The position numbers were made by a program, and so were the translations under genes. The notes beneath the pieces were generated by a model. It had not been told where the DNA came from and did not search any database. It worked only from the letters and a program-made list of their open reading frames with translations. A stretch of DNA of 64,000 nt from Emiliania huxleyi CCMP1516 (lineage: Eukaryota). Positions 37,013 through 50,129 of the stretch are shown one piece after another. Each line of letters begins with the position of its first letter. The first letter of the stretch is position 1. Location of the stretch: assembly GCF_000372725.1 (NCBI RefSeq), contig NW_005201792.1:103452-167451 (forward strand), read 5' to 3'.

Positions 37013-37992
37013 ATGGTTCGCCGCCGGCGGTCCGCCTCGCTCACCTCATCGCCCAGCCGTGCCCGGACATCGCCCAGCCGTGGCCGGAGCAGCAGCCGCA
37101 GCAGCCAGTCTTACGATAGTCGTAGCCGCTGCAGAGGCCGCAGCAGTAGCAGTAGTCGCAGCAGTAGTCGTAGCAGTAGTCGCAGCAGTGGCCGCAGCAG
37201 TGGCCGCAGCAGTAGCAGCAGCCGCGGCAGAGGCCGCCGCCGCCGCAGAAGCAGCAGCAGCAGCGACGGCAGCAGCAGCAGCAAATCCAGCAGCCGCAGT
37301 CGCAGCCGCCATCACAGCCGCAGCCGCCGTCCCAGCCGCCGGAGCCGCCGCCGCCGCAGCCGGAGCCGCCGCCGCAGCCGATCCCACAGTTCACGAAAGG
37401 CGGCGGAGAAGGTGGCGGAGAAAGCGGCGGAGAAAGCGGCGGAAAAAGCGGCGGAGAAAGCGGCGGAGAAAGCGGCGGAGAAAGCGGCGGAGAAAGCGGC
37501 GGAGAAAGCGGCGGAGAAAGCGGCGGAGAAAGCGGCGGCAGATAAAGCTGCGAAGCAGGCCGCCGTCCTCCCTCTTTCTGCCTCTCCGCCTCTTGCGCGG
37601 CACCTGGCCGGTCCGTTCCGCGGGATGCGGCGGGCGCAGGTGCCGGCGCAGCGCGTCGATGCGGAGTGGGGCTGCCGGTGCGGCGCCACCAACCCCGCGG
37701 GCGCGAAGCTGTGCCAGACAGCCGGGTGCGGGACCTGGTTCTGCCTCGGGTGCGGCAGGCTCGGCCACCAGCTCGTGTACTGCAAGGCGACGCGCCAGGC
37801 TGCGCCGCAAGCGGTGACGGCGCCGCCGGAGCCTGCGGCAGTGCCTGCGGCAGAGCACGCGGCAGAGCATGCGGCCGGTGCGGCCGGTGCGGCGCGGGAG
37901 ATGCGGTCGGTGGAAGTGTGGGGGCCTGCCCAGTCGGACCAACGAGGTTCGAACTCTTCGCCCTCTTCTCTGGGGTGGGCCGGGTGTGCGCT
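37013..37992 (+). CDS. SR-rich protein with (AAEK)n repeat, RanBP2-like zinc finger and CCHC zinc knuckle; truncated by gap
   Basis: RS-rich N-terminus, W-x-C-x-CGATN..C..C and CLGCGRLGHQLVYC. Confidence 0.55.
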
Positions 37993-38092
37993 NNNNNNNN
38001 NNNNNNNNNNNNNNNNNNNNNNNNNNNNNNNNNNNNNNNNNNNNNNNNNNNNNNNNNNNNNNNNNNNNNNNNNNNNNNNNNNNNNNNNNNNN
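37993..38092. other. Assembly gap (100 N)
   Basis: Run of n characters. Confidence 1.
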
Positions 38093-38149
38093 CTCCCCCT
38101 CCCCCTCCCCCTCGCCCTACCCCTACCCCTACCCCTACCCCTACCCCTA

Positions 38150-41100
38150 ACCGCAGGCGGCCCTCGGCCTCGACGGAGCGGAGCTGTGCGGCGCCACCAT
38201 CGCCGTCCGGCGCGGCGGGAGCGACGCCTCACTCGCTGCAGAGGAGGACGCTTCTCCCGCGCCGTCCGCGGCGCGCCTCCCTCCCCCTCTGCCTCCGCCT
38301 CCTCCGCCACCCCACGCCTGCAGCTGTGCGCAGGCTGACGGCTCGGCGTGGACTCGGGTCGGGTGTGTGGAGAGGAGTCGGGCGGACCAGGCGCCGGACG
38401 AGCCCACTGCTGGAGCGGAGGGTGGTGCGGAGGGTGGTGCGGAGGGTGCCGTGAGCGAGTGGACTCGGGTCGAGTCTGTGGCGGAGGAGGGCGTCCCGCG
38501 CCACTACGACTGCCGCATCGCCGCCAGCGGTGGAAGGGTTCTCGCACGCGACCCAGCCGCCTCGCCACGCGCCACGGCAGCAGCAGCAGCAGCAGCAGCA
38601 GAGCCGCCCGCCTCATGGCAGGAGGAGCCCCCACCGCCCCCACCGCCCCCCCCTCCACCTCCGCCGCCGCCGCCGCCGCCGCCGCCTCTCCAAGCCCGCG
38701 CCTACCCCGCGCGAGCGGGCCGCCCCCACCCCCCATCGCCGCCGCTCGGCCCCCCCCACACTCCGTCGCCGCCGCTCGCCTCTCTGCTGTGCGTCGGGAG
38801 CCGGGACCCAAACCCGCTGCTGTCGCTGCGGCTGCCGCTGCCTGGCTCGTTCGAGATTGGCCGCGACGAGGGCTGCGACGAGACCATCGGAGAGTGCGCC
38901 GCCATCTCGGCCTCGCACTGCAAGCTGCACCTGCGGCTTGGCGGGGGCGGAGATCAGCCGGCCGGAGAGCGGGCGGTGGAGGTGTGGCTGGAGGACCGCT
39001 CGACCAACGGCACATTCGTCGGCGGCGCCAGGCTCGGAAAGGGCAACACGCGCCGCCTCGTCCCCGGCGAGCGCTTCTCGCTGCTGCACGACGGCCCGTA
39101 CGCCTTCGAGCTGCGGCTCGGTCCGCCCCGGCCAGACAGCGACCCGTCGGAGGAGCTGCGCAAGCTCAACTTGCCCGACGGAGGGCCGGGCAGGTAGGCT
39201 CGGCCAGCAGGGGGCGGGGGAGGGGCGGGCGGGGCGAGAGGTGCGCCGAGGTGCGTGTCCCGCCCCTCGCAGGTCCGCCCCGCGAGCCGGCGTCGACGGC
39301 TGCTGGCGGTGCGGCTGCTGCGGCAGCGCAAACTACCCCCGCCGCTCGACGTGCTTCCGATCCGCCTGCGGCTCCTCCCGCGACGCGCGCGGGACCGCCC
39401 TGGTGCAAGCGTACCTGGACAGGCTGCAGAGCTCCTCCGACTCCGCCCCCGCCTCCAAGACCACCGAGGGTCGCGGCCATCCACGCGCTGCCCCCGCCGC
39501 TGCTGCCCCTTCTGCGTCTGCTGCCCCTGCTGCCTCTTCCGCCTCTGCTGCCTCTGCTGCCTCTGCTGCCTCTGCTGCTCCTCCGAGAAGGCTGCGAGAA
39601 GCCTCCGAGAAGCCTCCGAGAAAGCGACGGGCTGCTCCTGCTGCGCTTGCTACGCCTGCTGCGTTTGCTGCGCCTGCTGCGCCTGCTGCCGCTGCTGCCG
39701 CTGCTGCCGCTGCTGCCGCTGCTGCCGTCGCCGCGTCGTCGACGGAGCCGCGCGAGGAGCCGCGCGTGGAGAGCGCGGGCCCGGCGGAGCACGGGGCGCG
39801 GCGCAGCAAGCACGAGCGCGTGGTGCGCTCGCCTCCACACGGCCTCCGCTCACGGCCTGCCCTGCGGCACAGGACAGAGCGCGCGCAGCCGCCGTAGCGA
39901 GAGTCCACGGCCCCCCCCCTCGCAGGCGCGGCCGATCACAGAGTGGAGGCAGAAGCCCTACAAGCCCATCCAGAGGCGGATGCTGCCCGCGGACGGCGAC
40001 GAGGCGCCGCGCCCCAAACACCGATTCCTGGCGCGGGAGAGGAGGCGTCGCCTCGACCTCGGACGTGTCCTCCTAGGCGACCAAGGAGACGGTGCTTCCG
40101 GCGGGAGCGGACCCGCTGAACCACGTGCACCCTTCAGCGCGGTGCTCTCGCCCCTGCACGCTCACGCGAGCCCGCCACCCGCCCTGCACCCCCACACGCC
40201 GCGAGGCGCAGGTACACGCGGCAGAGCTGGTCCTCATATCTCCCCATATCTCCCCATATCTCCCCATGTCTCAGGTACACGCAGCAGAGCTGGTCCGTCC
40301 ACCAGTACAACCGACTCAACGAGAGCTTGCGCGGCGGCAGCTCCGGCGGTCGCTCCGCTCGAGGAGGGGCGACGCACGGCGCGGAGCTGGCACGCCGGAT
40401 GCAAGCTGCGGCGGCGCCACCGCCCCCCGACGCCCCCCTCGAGTCGGTCGACTGGCCGCTCGAGCCGACCGCGCCGACTCTCGGCCGGGAAGCGGGCGGT
40501 GCGACGGACGTGCCGATGCTGCGGCTCTCCGGGCCGGCCCCGACGCTGCGAGGTTTCCGACGGCTGCTGGAGGCGTGCGCGGCTGTCGTCGGCCCGGCGC
40601 GCGTGCATGAGGCAGCGCAGCAGGGTGGGCAGCGCTTGTGGCCCATCTTTGTCCTCTCGCGCGGCCGGCCGGAGACGGCGCATCTGCACTGGGGTACAGA
40701 GCACGCGCTCGGCGGGGAGGGCGAAGGCGAGGGCGAGGGCGAGGGCGGGGGCGAGGGTGCGCTAGTGGTGGCGGTGGTGTCGCCGGAGGAGGAGGCGGAG
40801 TATCGGCGCTGCTGGCCTGGCTCGCTGCTGCTGGCGCTGCCTCAGGCGGGCAGGCCGGTGGGGTACGCTCGGCACGTGCTTAAGCGGGCGCTGCAGTGGC
40901 GCACGCCCTTCTTCTGGATGTGCGACGACAACCTCTCGACGTTTGTGCGCATCGAGCGCGGGAGCGACGGCCTGGCGCGGAGGCACACGCAAGGCTCGCG
41001 CTGCACCACCTCGTGTGTCAGCACGCCCTTGGGGCGAGATCTGTCCCTCACGCGGCACTCGTGACACGTCAGGTCCGCTCTTTCGCGAGGCCTTCATGCA

Positions 41101-43321
41101 CGTGCAGCGGCGCGAGGGCATCTCGTCCATCGCTCTCGCGGGCTTCCTCCGCTCCAACGGCACCGAGACGTCCAAGACGTACACCGAAGTACTCGACAAC
41201 GTCAAGGTGTACAAGTGCTGCCTGCTCAACTCGCTGCAGTGCGCGGGCGTCGAGTACGTCGCGCCGCTCGCCAACTTTGAGGACGTCGCCTTCAACCGCG
41301 AGCTGCTGCTGCGCGGCCGGCGGCTGCTCAAGGTGCAGCGCTACGCGTACCGTGCGCACATGGCGGCGAGCGGGGGCTGCGCCTCGCGACGAGGCGACAG
41401 TGCCGGCGGCGAGCTCGTCCACCCTTCGTACCGACACGAGGAGCTGAGCGCCGCGGATCTCGCCACCGTCGCGAGGCTGGAGGAGTGGGTGCGCCGGGAC
41501 GAGGCAAAGCCGATGCCCCGGCGGCTGCAGCGGCGCATCGACCTGCAGGCCGCCTCCCGCACGCAGCCTTCGCATGCAACAAAGGGCGAGAGGCGGCCGC
41601 GCCGCCCTGCCCGCCGCCGCTCTCGCCGCGACGAGGAGGAGAGCAGCGAGGAGGAGGAGAGCGGTGAGGAGGGAGAGAGCAGCGAGGAGGAGGAGGGCAG
41701 CGAGGACAGCGGCGGGGAGAGCGGTGAGGCGAGCACCGACGAGGAGGAGAGCGAGGAGCAGGAGAGCTCCTTCGAGGTGGGAGGCCGTGTCGTCCTCGAG
41801 TATTCCGACGGCGCGCTGTACCCGGGCGAGATCTTGAGCTTTGACGGCGCGTCCCGCTTGTACACGGTGCGGTGCGATGACGGCGAGCTGTTGGAGGACG
41901 TCTCGCTGCACGAGATGCTGCGAGAGGAGGAGCAGGGGCGGGCGGGCGGCGGGGAGTCGGGCGAGGAGGCGGGCGAGGAGGCGGACGAGGAGTCCTCGGA
42001 CGACGGAGGCTTCGGCGGCGGCGAAGGGACGGCGGAGACAGCGGCGGCGGTTGCGCGGGCAGAGCGTGTGACGGAGGTCGACGGCCTCGTGCTCCACCTC
42101 TCCTCGAACGCCACCGGGTACAGGGGCGTCGCGAAGAGGCGGGGCAGCAGCCGGCGCGAGCGGTTCCAGGCATGCTTCCGGCGCAAGTCGATTGGCTGCT
42201 ACACGACGGCGGTCGAGGCGGCTGTGGCGTACGCGCAGCGGGCGGCCGTTACGCAGGCGATCGACTGGATGCTCCAGCAGGTCGTGGCGGAGGTGAGTGA
42301 GGAGGGCGAGGACGGCGAGGACGGCGAAGAAGAGGGCGAGGGCGAGGAGGCACCAGTGCCGGTGGCGGAGGAGGCGGAGGGCTTGCGTCTGCATCTGTCA
42401 AGCAACGCCGCCACCGGCTACAAGAATGTGCGGGAGTCCTCTGGCCGCTTCGAAGCGCGGATCTGCCTAGGCGGCTCGGGACGGCAGATCGCCATCGGCC
42501 GCTTCGACACGGCAGTGGAGGCGGCGGTGGCGTATGCGCGGAGGGTCGGACAGGCAGAGGAGGCAGGGGTGGAGGCAGCGGAGGAGGCAGCGGAGGAGGC
42601 AGCGGAGGAGGTAGGGGAGGAGGCAGCGAAGGAGGTAGGGGAGGAGGCGGCGGAGGAGGCAGCGGACGGGGCGTCAGAGGCAGTGACGATGGAGGAGGCA
42701 GCAGAGGCGGCGGCTGGCGCTGGCTATCACGACCCCAGCCAGCAGGTCTTGGGGGCCGACGAGCGGCGGCGGCTCGAGGCGACCGTTGGCTACGTGGTAT
42801 GCGGCATCAACGGCTGCTGCCTACAGTATGGCCACTGCGGCGAGTGCCTCTTTGAGCTCAACGGCCGACGCTGCCGCCAGCGGCCCACCGCGCCGGCCCC
42901 GCCGGTGAAGCGGCGCCGCACGTCGGCGGCAGGGCAGCCCTCGACGTCGGACCAGAGCGGGGATGCGCCGCTGGCAGCCGAGGCTGCTCAGCCGGCACCG
43001 GAGCCGCCGCCTGCGGCACCGCGTCTCGCAGACGTGAGCGTGTACGAGCGCGGCGCGGGGTGGCGGAAGCCGGTGGACACGCCCTGCGCGGAGTGCGGCG
43101 GGTGCCACGACCCCACGCAGACGCTGCTGTGCGACGGGGACGGCTGCGATCGCGCGTACCACCTCTCCTGTCTCAAGCCGCCGCTCGAACACGTGCCCGC
43201 AGGGAAGTGGCTGTGCCCCGGCTGCACCGAGCGCTGGAACGCGAGCGAGGCGGGCTCGCGCGAGCTGGCGCGCAGCCTGTACGAGCAGGAGATGCGCGAG
43301 GCGCGCAACCTGCGCCGGTAA
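38150..43321 (+). CDS. Multidomain chromatin protein: FHA, GREB1/TAGT-like GT-A glycosyltransferase, acidic tract, Tudor, 2x AP2-like, Cys/His motif, PHD; 5' end uncertain
   Basis: FHA: FEIGRDE..ISASHC..LEDRSTNGTFV. GT: WPIFVLSRGR, EEEAEYRRCWP..LALP..VGYARH, FWMCDDNL, EDVAFN. Tudor: FEVGGRV..DGALYPGEI..YTVRCDDGE. AP2: LHLSSNATGYRGV..TAVEAAVAYA x2. PHD: CAECG..LLCDGDGCDRAYHLSCLKPPL..P.GKWLCPGC. Confidence 0.8.
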
Positions 43322-43774
43322 CCCTTCCCGGCGGGGTCATGCGGAGTGTCTCTGCACGCGTACGTACATATGACGCGCCGTCTCTGAGTACAGATGTACA
43401 GTACGTTCTCATTCTCAGCGTCGCTTCGTTTGTGGGGAGTCTGTGGAGAGTCTGTGTGGAGTCTCTCGCACGGCGGTCCACGGTGTGTGGCGAGACGAGC
43501 GTGCGATCGCCGATCGAGTTCGAGAGAGTCGCGCCGGTCGCGGACTCGTGTGCGCTATAGAGATTAGAGATAGAGTCTGCTGCACGGCGCGTCGGCGTAC
43601 AAATGCGCTCTGTGGTTGTTTACTTACAACTTTCTCAGTGGAAACCAACAATAGTCAATACGCGCGCTGGCACGGACAGCGCCGCCCCCACAGGCACTCT
43701 GCTTGCGCCGCCACGCCCGGTCCCGTGGCGCCAGAGGTCACCGCCAACGCGCCCCCGGGCAAGTAGAGGACACG

Positions 43775-44148
43775 CTAGCCCTTCTTCATCTGCTTGCCGG
43801 CGCGGATGACCTCGTCGACGAGCAGCAGCTGCGCCGCAATGACGGCGGCCGAGTCCAGCATCTGCCGCTTGACGCGGAAGTTGTCCCACAGCCCGGCGGC
43901 GCACGGGTCGAGCGGCTCGCCTGTCTCCACGTCGAGGCCCACCTGGCCGGAGGGAGGCGTGCGGCGACACGTCACGCGCAGGCACTCGCTGGCAGGCACT
44001 CACTGGCACGCGGCGGTCGCTGGCATGTCTCGTTCAGTGTGGGCGCGCCGGTGCGGCGGGGTTGCCAGAGGCGGCAGGCGGCGGGCGCGGCGGGCGCGCG
44101 ACGGCGGGACCGCGGGGCGTGGGAGGCAAGGGAGGCAGGGGAGGGAAG

Positions 44149-44196
<48 letters not shown>

Positions 44197-47052
44197 CCGC
44201 GCCTTTGGCGAGCCCGCCTCCTGCTCCTCCTGCAGCTTGAGGAGCGCGTCCTGCGCGTCGTAGCCGGCGTTGTCCGCGAGCGTCTTCGGGATGACGAGCA
44301 GCGCGTCGGCGAAGGTCTGCACGCCGAGCTTTGCGCGGCCCTGCACCTTCTTGCGGTACTCCATCAGGTGCGCGTGGCAGAGCACCTCGATGCCGCCCGC
44401 GCCCGGCAGCAGCTGGCCGTCGGTGACGGCGTTGGACACGGCGCGCAGCCCGTCGCGGACCGCCTCCTGCGGGGGGCGTGTCGTGGACGTGTCGTGGACG
44501 TGTCGTGGACGTGTCGTGGACGTGTCGTGGACGTGTCGTGGACGTGTCGTGGACGTGTCGTGGACGTGTCGTGGACGTGTCGTGGACGTGTCGTGGACGT
44601 GTCGTGGACGTGTCGTGGACGCGTCCCCGGCGGCGGGTGGCGGGGCCGAGGGGCCGCTCTCCTTGATCTGCGAGATGACGTGCGGGTGCGCGCCCTTGAT
44701 GAGGATGGTGCACCTGCCGTGTCGCGGGCGTGGCGTGGGCGCGGTCGCGTGCAAGGGGCCGGCCGGGGTCGGGTGGGCGGTGGCGCACGAGAAGGGGTTC
44801 GAGACGCCCTCGAGGAAAGTGTACGTCTCCTCGCCCAGCGTCTGCTCCGACACCTCCTCCGCGTACCCGAGCACCTGCACGCGGCGGGGCGGGGCTCGCC
44901 GCATGCCCCGGCCCACGCTGCACACACGGCCCCTGCCGTGCCGCTCATATTGACGGAGGGGTCTGGAGGGGTCTGGAGGGGTCTAGGGGGCGCCCAGGAG
45001 GTGTAAAGGAGGCGTGCAGGAGGTGTGCAGGAGGTGTGCAGGAGGTGTGTAGGAGGTGTGCAGGAGGTGTGCAGGAGGTGTGTAGGAGGTGTGCAGGAGG
45101 TGTGCAGGAGGTGTGCAGGAGGTGTGCAGGAGGTGTGCAGGAGGTGTGTAGGAGGTGTGCAGGAGGTGTGTAGGAGGTGTGTATGGAGCGTCGCCTCGGG
45201 CGTCATGTCGTCGATCGAGTTGACCTGCTCGCCGCCGCACGCGAGGGTGATGCGCTCCATGTTGCGCCTGCGCGGGGGGCGGGGGGCGGGTGGGTGCGGG
45301 TGGGGTGGAGCGGGTGAGTGGGGGGGTGCGGCGCGGGTGTGTGATGGTGTGTGGTGTGCGGTGTGTGGTGTGGTGTGGGTGAGGTGTGTGGAGGGTGTGG
45401 GAGTGGTGTGGGCGATTGGTGATTGAGTTGCGCGGCACCGCTTTGCGCGGCGCAGCGCGAGGATGCCCTCCTTGGCAAGGAGGTCGAGGGCGAGCGGGTC
45501 GATCCCCTTCTGGTTGATGACCACCATCGTCTCGCCCTCGCCGCACGCCTTGCGCTTCAGGTCGATGATCAGCTTTGTCTTGTCGTCGACCCACTTGCGC
45601 TCCGCCTGCACCATCTTCTCGCGCTCCTGCTCACACGCGCACACACCACGCAACGCTCAAAGACGGGACCCCTCCCCCTCCCCCTCCCCCTCCCCCTCCC
45701 CCGCCATCCCTAGCGTCGCTCCGGTGAGCGAGAAGTAGAATCCCGACGTCGGGCTGGCGGCTGCGGGCTGGCGGCTGCGGGCTGGCGGCTGCGGGCTGGC
45801 GGCTGCGGGCTGGCGGCTGCGGGCTGGCGGCTGCGGGCTGGCGGCTGCGGGCTGGCGGCTGCGGGCGGGGGGTGAGGGGGGTGAGGCTCCTCTGCGTTGG
45901 AGTAGTAGAAGCCCGAGTTGACCTCGGAGCGCATGTACTCGAGGTCGTAGTTGATGGTGAGGACGCGCACCTAAGAGCAGCTCATTGAACGTGAGAGGTG
46001 AGACCAGAAGACAAGACAGAGTGCGCTCGAGGTGGACAAGCGCCTTGCTGAGCTGCTTTGGCATGCCGGGGTGCCTCCCGCCATGGTCGAGGACGAGGCC
46101 CTTGACGAGGCGAGAGTCGGTGCCCGCCTGCAGGAGCGAGGAGACGCGCGTCGGGAGCGGGCCGAGGAGCGGGCGGACCGGGAGGAGAGCAAGGGGAGGA
46201 GAGCAAGGGGAGGAGAGCAGCCAGGGGAGAAGGGCAGCATCCGGGGGAGGAGCGGGGGGGGGAGGGGAGCAGGCGGCCGGGCAGTGGGGTGGAGCGGCTG
46301 GCAGCCGCGAGCGGGTGGGTGCGGCGTGGGAGGGGGTGGTGGGGGGGGGGGGGTGTCGGGGCAAGGCGGGGATGTGGCGGGGCGAGGGGCGAGAGGGCAG
46401 GAGGGTGGTGCGGAGAGGGCAGGGGAGGCAAGCGGGAGTGGAGGAGGGTTGCCTTGTGCTGCATGTGCATGATCTCGACCATGTGCAGGTCGAGCGGCGT
46501 GTCCGGCTTGCGGATCGTCAGCACCGCGTCCACGCAGATGGCGGTAAACATGTCCGCCAGCTCGCGGTGCATCTTAGTGCGGAGCGAGCACTGCGCAATC
46601 TGGAGGAGCAGGTCGCGGTCGGCGCAGTCCTTGGCGAGCGCGGTCCGGTCGATGTACTCGAGCAGCGACGTCTTCGCCAGCTCGATCCCCTCGCACAGCA
46701 GTCGCGGGTGCACCCCGTCCGAGAGGTGGCGCTCTGCCTGCTTCATCATCTCGCCGACGACGAGGACGGCGGAGGTGGTGCCGTCGCCGGTGATGTCGTC
46801 CTGCGCGGTGGCGATGCGCGCAATCATGCACGCGGTCGGGTTCTGGATCTGCATCTCGTGCAGCAGCGTGTTCCCGTCCTTGGTGAGCTTGATGTCGCCC
46901 GCGCCGCCGACAAGCATCTTGAGCGTGCCCTTGGGACCGAGGTTGCTCTTGAGCACGTCCTGCAGGCCGCGGGCCGCGTTGATGTTCATCAGCGACGCCT
47001 GGCCCGACTTGAGCACATCGGCGTTCGGGTTGAGCTGCTGGGTGGCCGCCAT
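43775..47052 (-). CDS. CCT6: T-complex protein 1 subunit zeta (chaperonin CCT6); multi-exon
   Basis: [70 protein letters not shown]. Confidence 0.97.
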
Positions 47053-47738
47053 TGACACGTCGCTGGGCGAGCTGCTGGCCCAACGAGCGGCAACGGAGGC
47101 GTTGGTACCCGCTTTGACGGTAATTCTTTTATTCCCCTCACCATGTTCCCACGATGATCCTGGCTGTTCTTCACCTTTCTACCTACCTACCTACGATGAG
47201 TTCAAAGACGTCATCGCCTATGGCGTCTGCAAACGGGCATGCCACTGACGCCGCAGGTAGGTGCGTCGCCATCCTCACGGTGGCTCCGTGGCCGCCGCCT
47301 GCTCCTCCTGACCTCCTCTGGTGCCATGTCTGCCTCGATGCCCAGCTCAGCTCGGATGTGACTCGGATGTCTGCGGCAGCGCGCACCGACACCGCTCCAT
47401 TCGGCTCCTTTGACGCGAGCCGCGTTAAGGCGAAATGCTCGCAGAGTTCGGCCAGACAGAGGCACAGAGCCTTGCGCGCTTCGAGGTAGTTGCAAGTTGG
47501 CGGGTGAGTGAGTGTGAGTGTGTACACACACACACACACGTAGTTGGCGGCGCAGATGAGCGAGATCGTCATCGGCGAGGTCACTCAGAAACGTCCGGGC
47601 CTCGTCCTTCGCACAACGGTTGTGGCAAAATTGTCTTTGGCGCAACGAGGTCTCACGGCCTCGACGACACGTCTGGGAGGACGCCGGCACAGCGCTAGCC
47701 CATTCAACCCCGCCCTCCTCGTTTCGACACACAGACCT

Positions 47739-48504
47739 ATGCTCCTCGCCGGGATGCTCCTTCCTCCCGCCCTGGCGCTTTCAGCGCCCTCCGTGGTCCA
47801 GCAGCGCAAGCGCGCGCTGCTGTCGTCGGTCGCGACCCTCAAGCGCAGCCCGAGCGCTGCGGCGAGGGATGCGGTCCTGGCGGCCGTCGCCGACCTCGAG
47901 GCGCGATCCATCTCGTGAGCAGCTAACCCATCAGACACCACTGCTGCCACTCTCGACAGCTCCGTGCGCGTAGGCGTGCAGCGTGACTAGCGCGCCGCCC
48001 GACGGCCGCTGGGCTCTCATCTTCTCGACGCAGGCGGAGCTGCCCGACGCGTCACGGCCGCGCACCTCGAGCCCGGTGCAAGGGCTCATCGACGCAACCT
48101 ACGCGGCGTTTTTCAAGGTGGCGCCGGCGCTGGCGGGAGCGCAGCAGGATGGCCGCAGCGGCGCCTCCAACGAGCAGGCCCTCTCGCTCGACACGGGCGT
48201 CGTCGAGAACCGCGTGCGCATACCGCTGCCGTTCCTGCCCTCGATCCTCGAGATCCGCGTCGACGGCCGCGTGGCGGAGGCCGGGGCGGCGGAAACGGAG
48301 CCGCTGCTGGATGTCACCTTCACCGAGTGCTCCTTCGCGCTGCAGCGCAGCGGCGCCCGCTCAAGCGGCGGTGCCTTGCGCATCCCGCTCCCGTCCCCCG
48401 TGGGGACGCTCCGGACGACGCACTGTGATGATGAGGTGCGCGTCTCCAGGGGCGGTCGGGGCGGGGTGTTTGTGCTGAAGCGCTTGCGCGCGGCGGCTAC
48501 GTGA
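47739..48504 (+). CDS. PAP/fibrillin-like plastid lipid-associated protein; one intron
   Basis: Signal-like N-terminus, KRALL..AVADLE, DGRWALIFST and GTLRTTHCDDEVRVSRGGRGGVFVLKR. Confidence 0.75.
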
Positions 48505-48637
48505 TGGGCCCGCGTGTGGCGTCATGGGGAGTAGATATGCCTTTTGAGAAGCGGGACCACAGCCAGACCACAGCATCCTGCTAGCGCGCCCACCCCCCAC
48601 GCGCAGGAACCCGAACCCTGGGTAGAAGCGCGGGTTC

Positions 48638-49016
48638 ATGCCCAACGCCACTGGCGGCGTCCTGCTCGCGTGCGACGGGCCGGCGATCAAGCAGTTCATC
48701 CTCAAGCTTGACGAGGACCGGCGCGCCGCGAGCCAGGCGCCGAGTTTTGTGCTGCGCGACCTCGACGAGCGGACGCTGCTGCTGCGCGACGACGAGCCAG
48801 CGCTGGTCGAGTTTGTCAAGGCGAAGCTCGACGAGCTGCAGGCGCGCCCCGCGCCCGCCCGCCGCCACCCGCGCGACGTACCGCGGCCTGCCCACTCACC
48901 ACGCCGCGCCGCGGCTACAGAGCGCCAACGCATACGAGCGCAGCGATGTCGACGTGCAGTCAGCGCCTCCGGAGAAGGGCCACGGCCCCCGCAAAAAGAG
49001 CAGGAAAGACGGATAG
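48638..49016 (+). CDS. TFB5: TFIIH subunit p8/TTDA; one intron
   Basis: GVLLACDGPAIKQFILKLDE..FVLRDLDERTLL..VKAKLDEL. Confidence 0.88.
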
Positions 49017-50129
49017 CCCGGTGTGCTAGTGCAGCGCGATGGATTTTAGGATGTGATAGGGATAGGATTAGTGATAGGGATAGGGGCCCCCAGCTGAGAG
49101 AGGCGGGAGCCGCAGCAGGAGGCTCCTGCACGTGCTCCTGCAGGAGAGGTGTGGCCGCGGTGTGCGTGGGGCGCGGCGTGGGAGGGGTGACGCAATACCG
49201 CCAACACTGTGACGACGATGTCGTTACCGCAGTGGTGACCACAAGCAAAATTGGTGGGGTCGTGTGGGTGGTTTTTTCTCAATTCTCGCCTGATTCTCGC
49301 ATCTCCGACGGGAGATCATCTCGGTGTCGAAAAATATCTCGTATATGTGTTATCTCTGCGAAGCTAGGATCGAAAACGACGCGACGGCCCCTGGCCCCGC
49401 TCGCTTAGGGCTGATTGGCTAGACGAGAGCGGCCTACCCGTCCAACGGGGGGCAGTCTGACGACCGGGGCGCGAGCTCTGACCGCCGTACTCACCGGGAG
49501 CGGGACGCTGTGTGGCGTGCGAGACGTGAGATCTGCGGTGAAGGTCGGGGACGGTGGGAGCCCCAATCTACAATGCTGTCTTAAGGTTGCTCCCGGCCCA
49601 CAGTGGGGATTTTGGCCTACAGTGTGTACAGTGATCGTCTAGGAATCCTAAATGGCCTGCAATGCCGTATCTTTGTGTCTAACTTGTAGAGCACCTTGAA
49701 AAACTAGTATATCTTGGGGTGAAAAGTTTCTCGATGAGGTGGGGATCCGTGGTGAGCAGATTCCCAGATTCTCCAGATTCCCGCCCTCGAAAACCGCCCA
49801 TTTTAATTCATTTTGGCGTTCCGGTGCCTACAAAAAATATCCGATATGATATCGAGCTGACCACAGGGTTTGCGGCGATCACTGTCCTACCAGCGGGCAC
49901 AGTGGGCCGCGGACACCCGTGAATGACCTTAAGGTCCGACAGGTTCGGCACCAGGCACCGACTCGGGATACCGGCGGGCGGAGGACCCTCCCAGCTCACA
50001 GCTCACAGGACACAGCTACAGCTCAGCTACAGCTCTCTCTGGAGTGGACCACCCGCGAAACCCGAAACGGTCTTCGGGTGGCACGGCCCCCGGTCGTGTG
50101 CGTCGAAAGTAGGGGCCAATATTCGAGAG

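Noticed and set aside
44478..44620. Regular repeats resembling a CRISPR array (also 4381-4460, 15175-15390, 45015-45180)
   Set aside because: Head-to-tail 10-11 bp units with no spacers, inside eukaryotic introns, and no cas genes.
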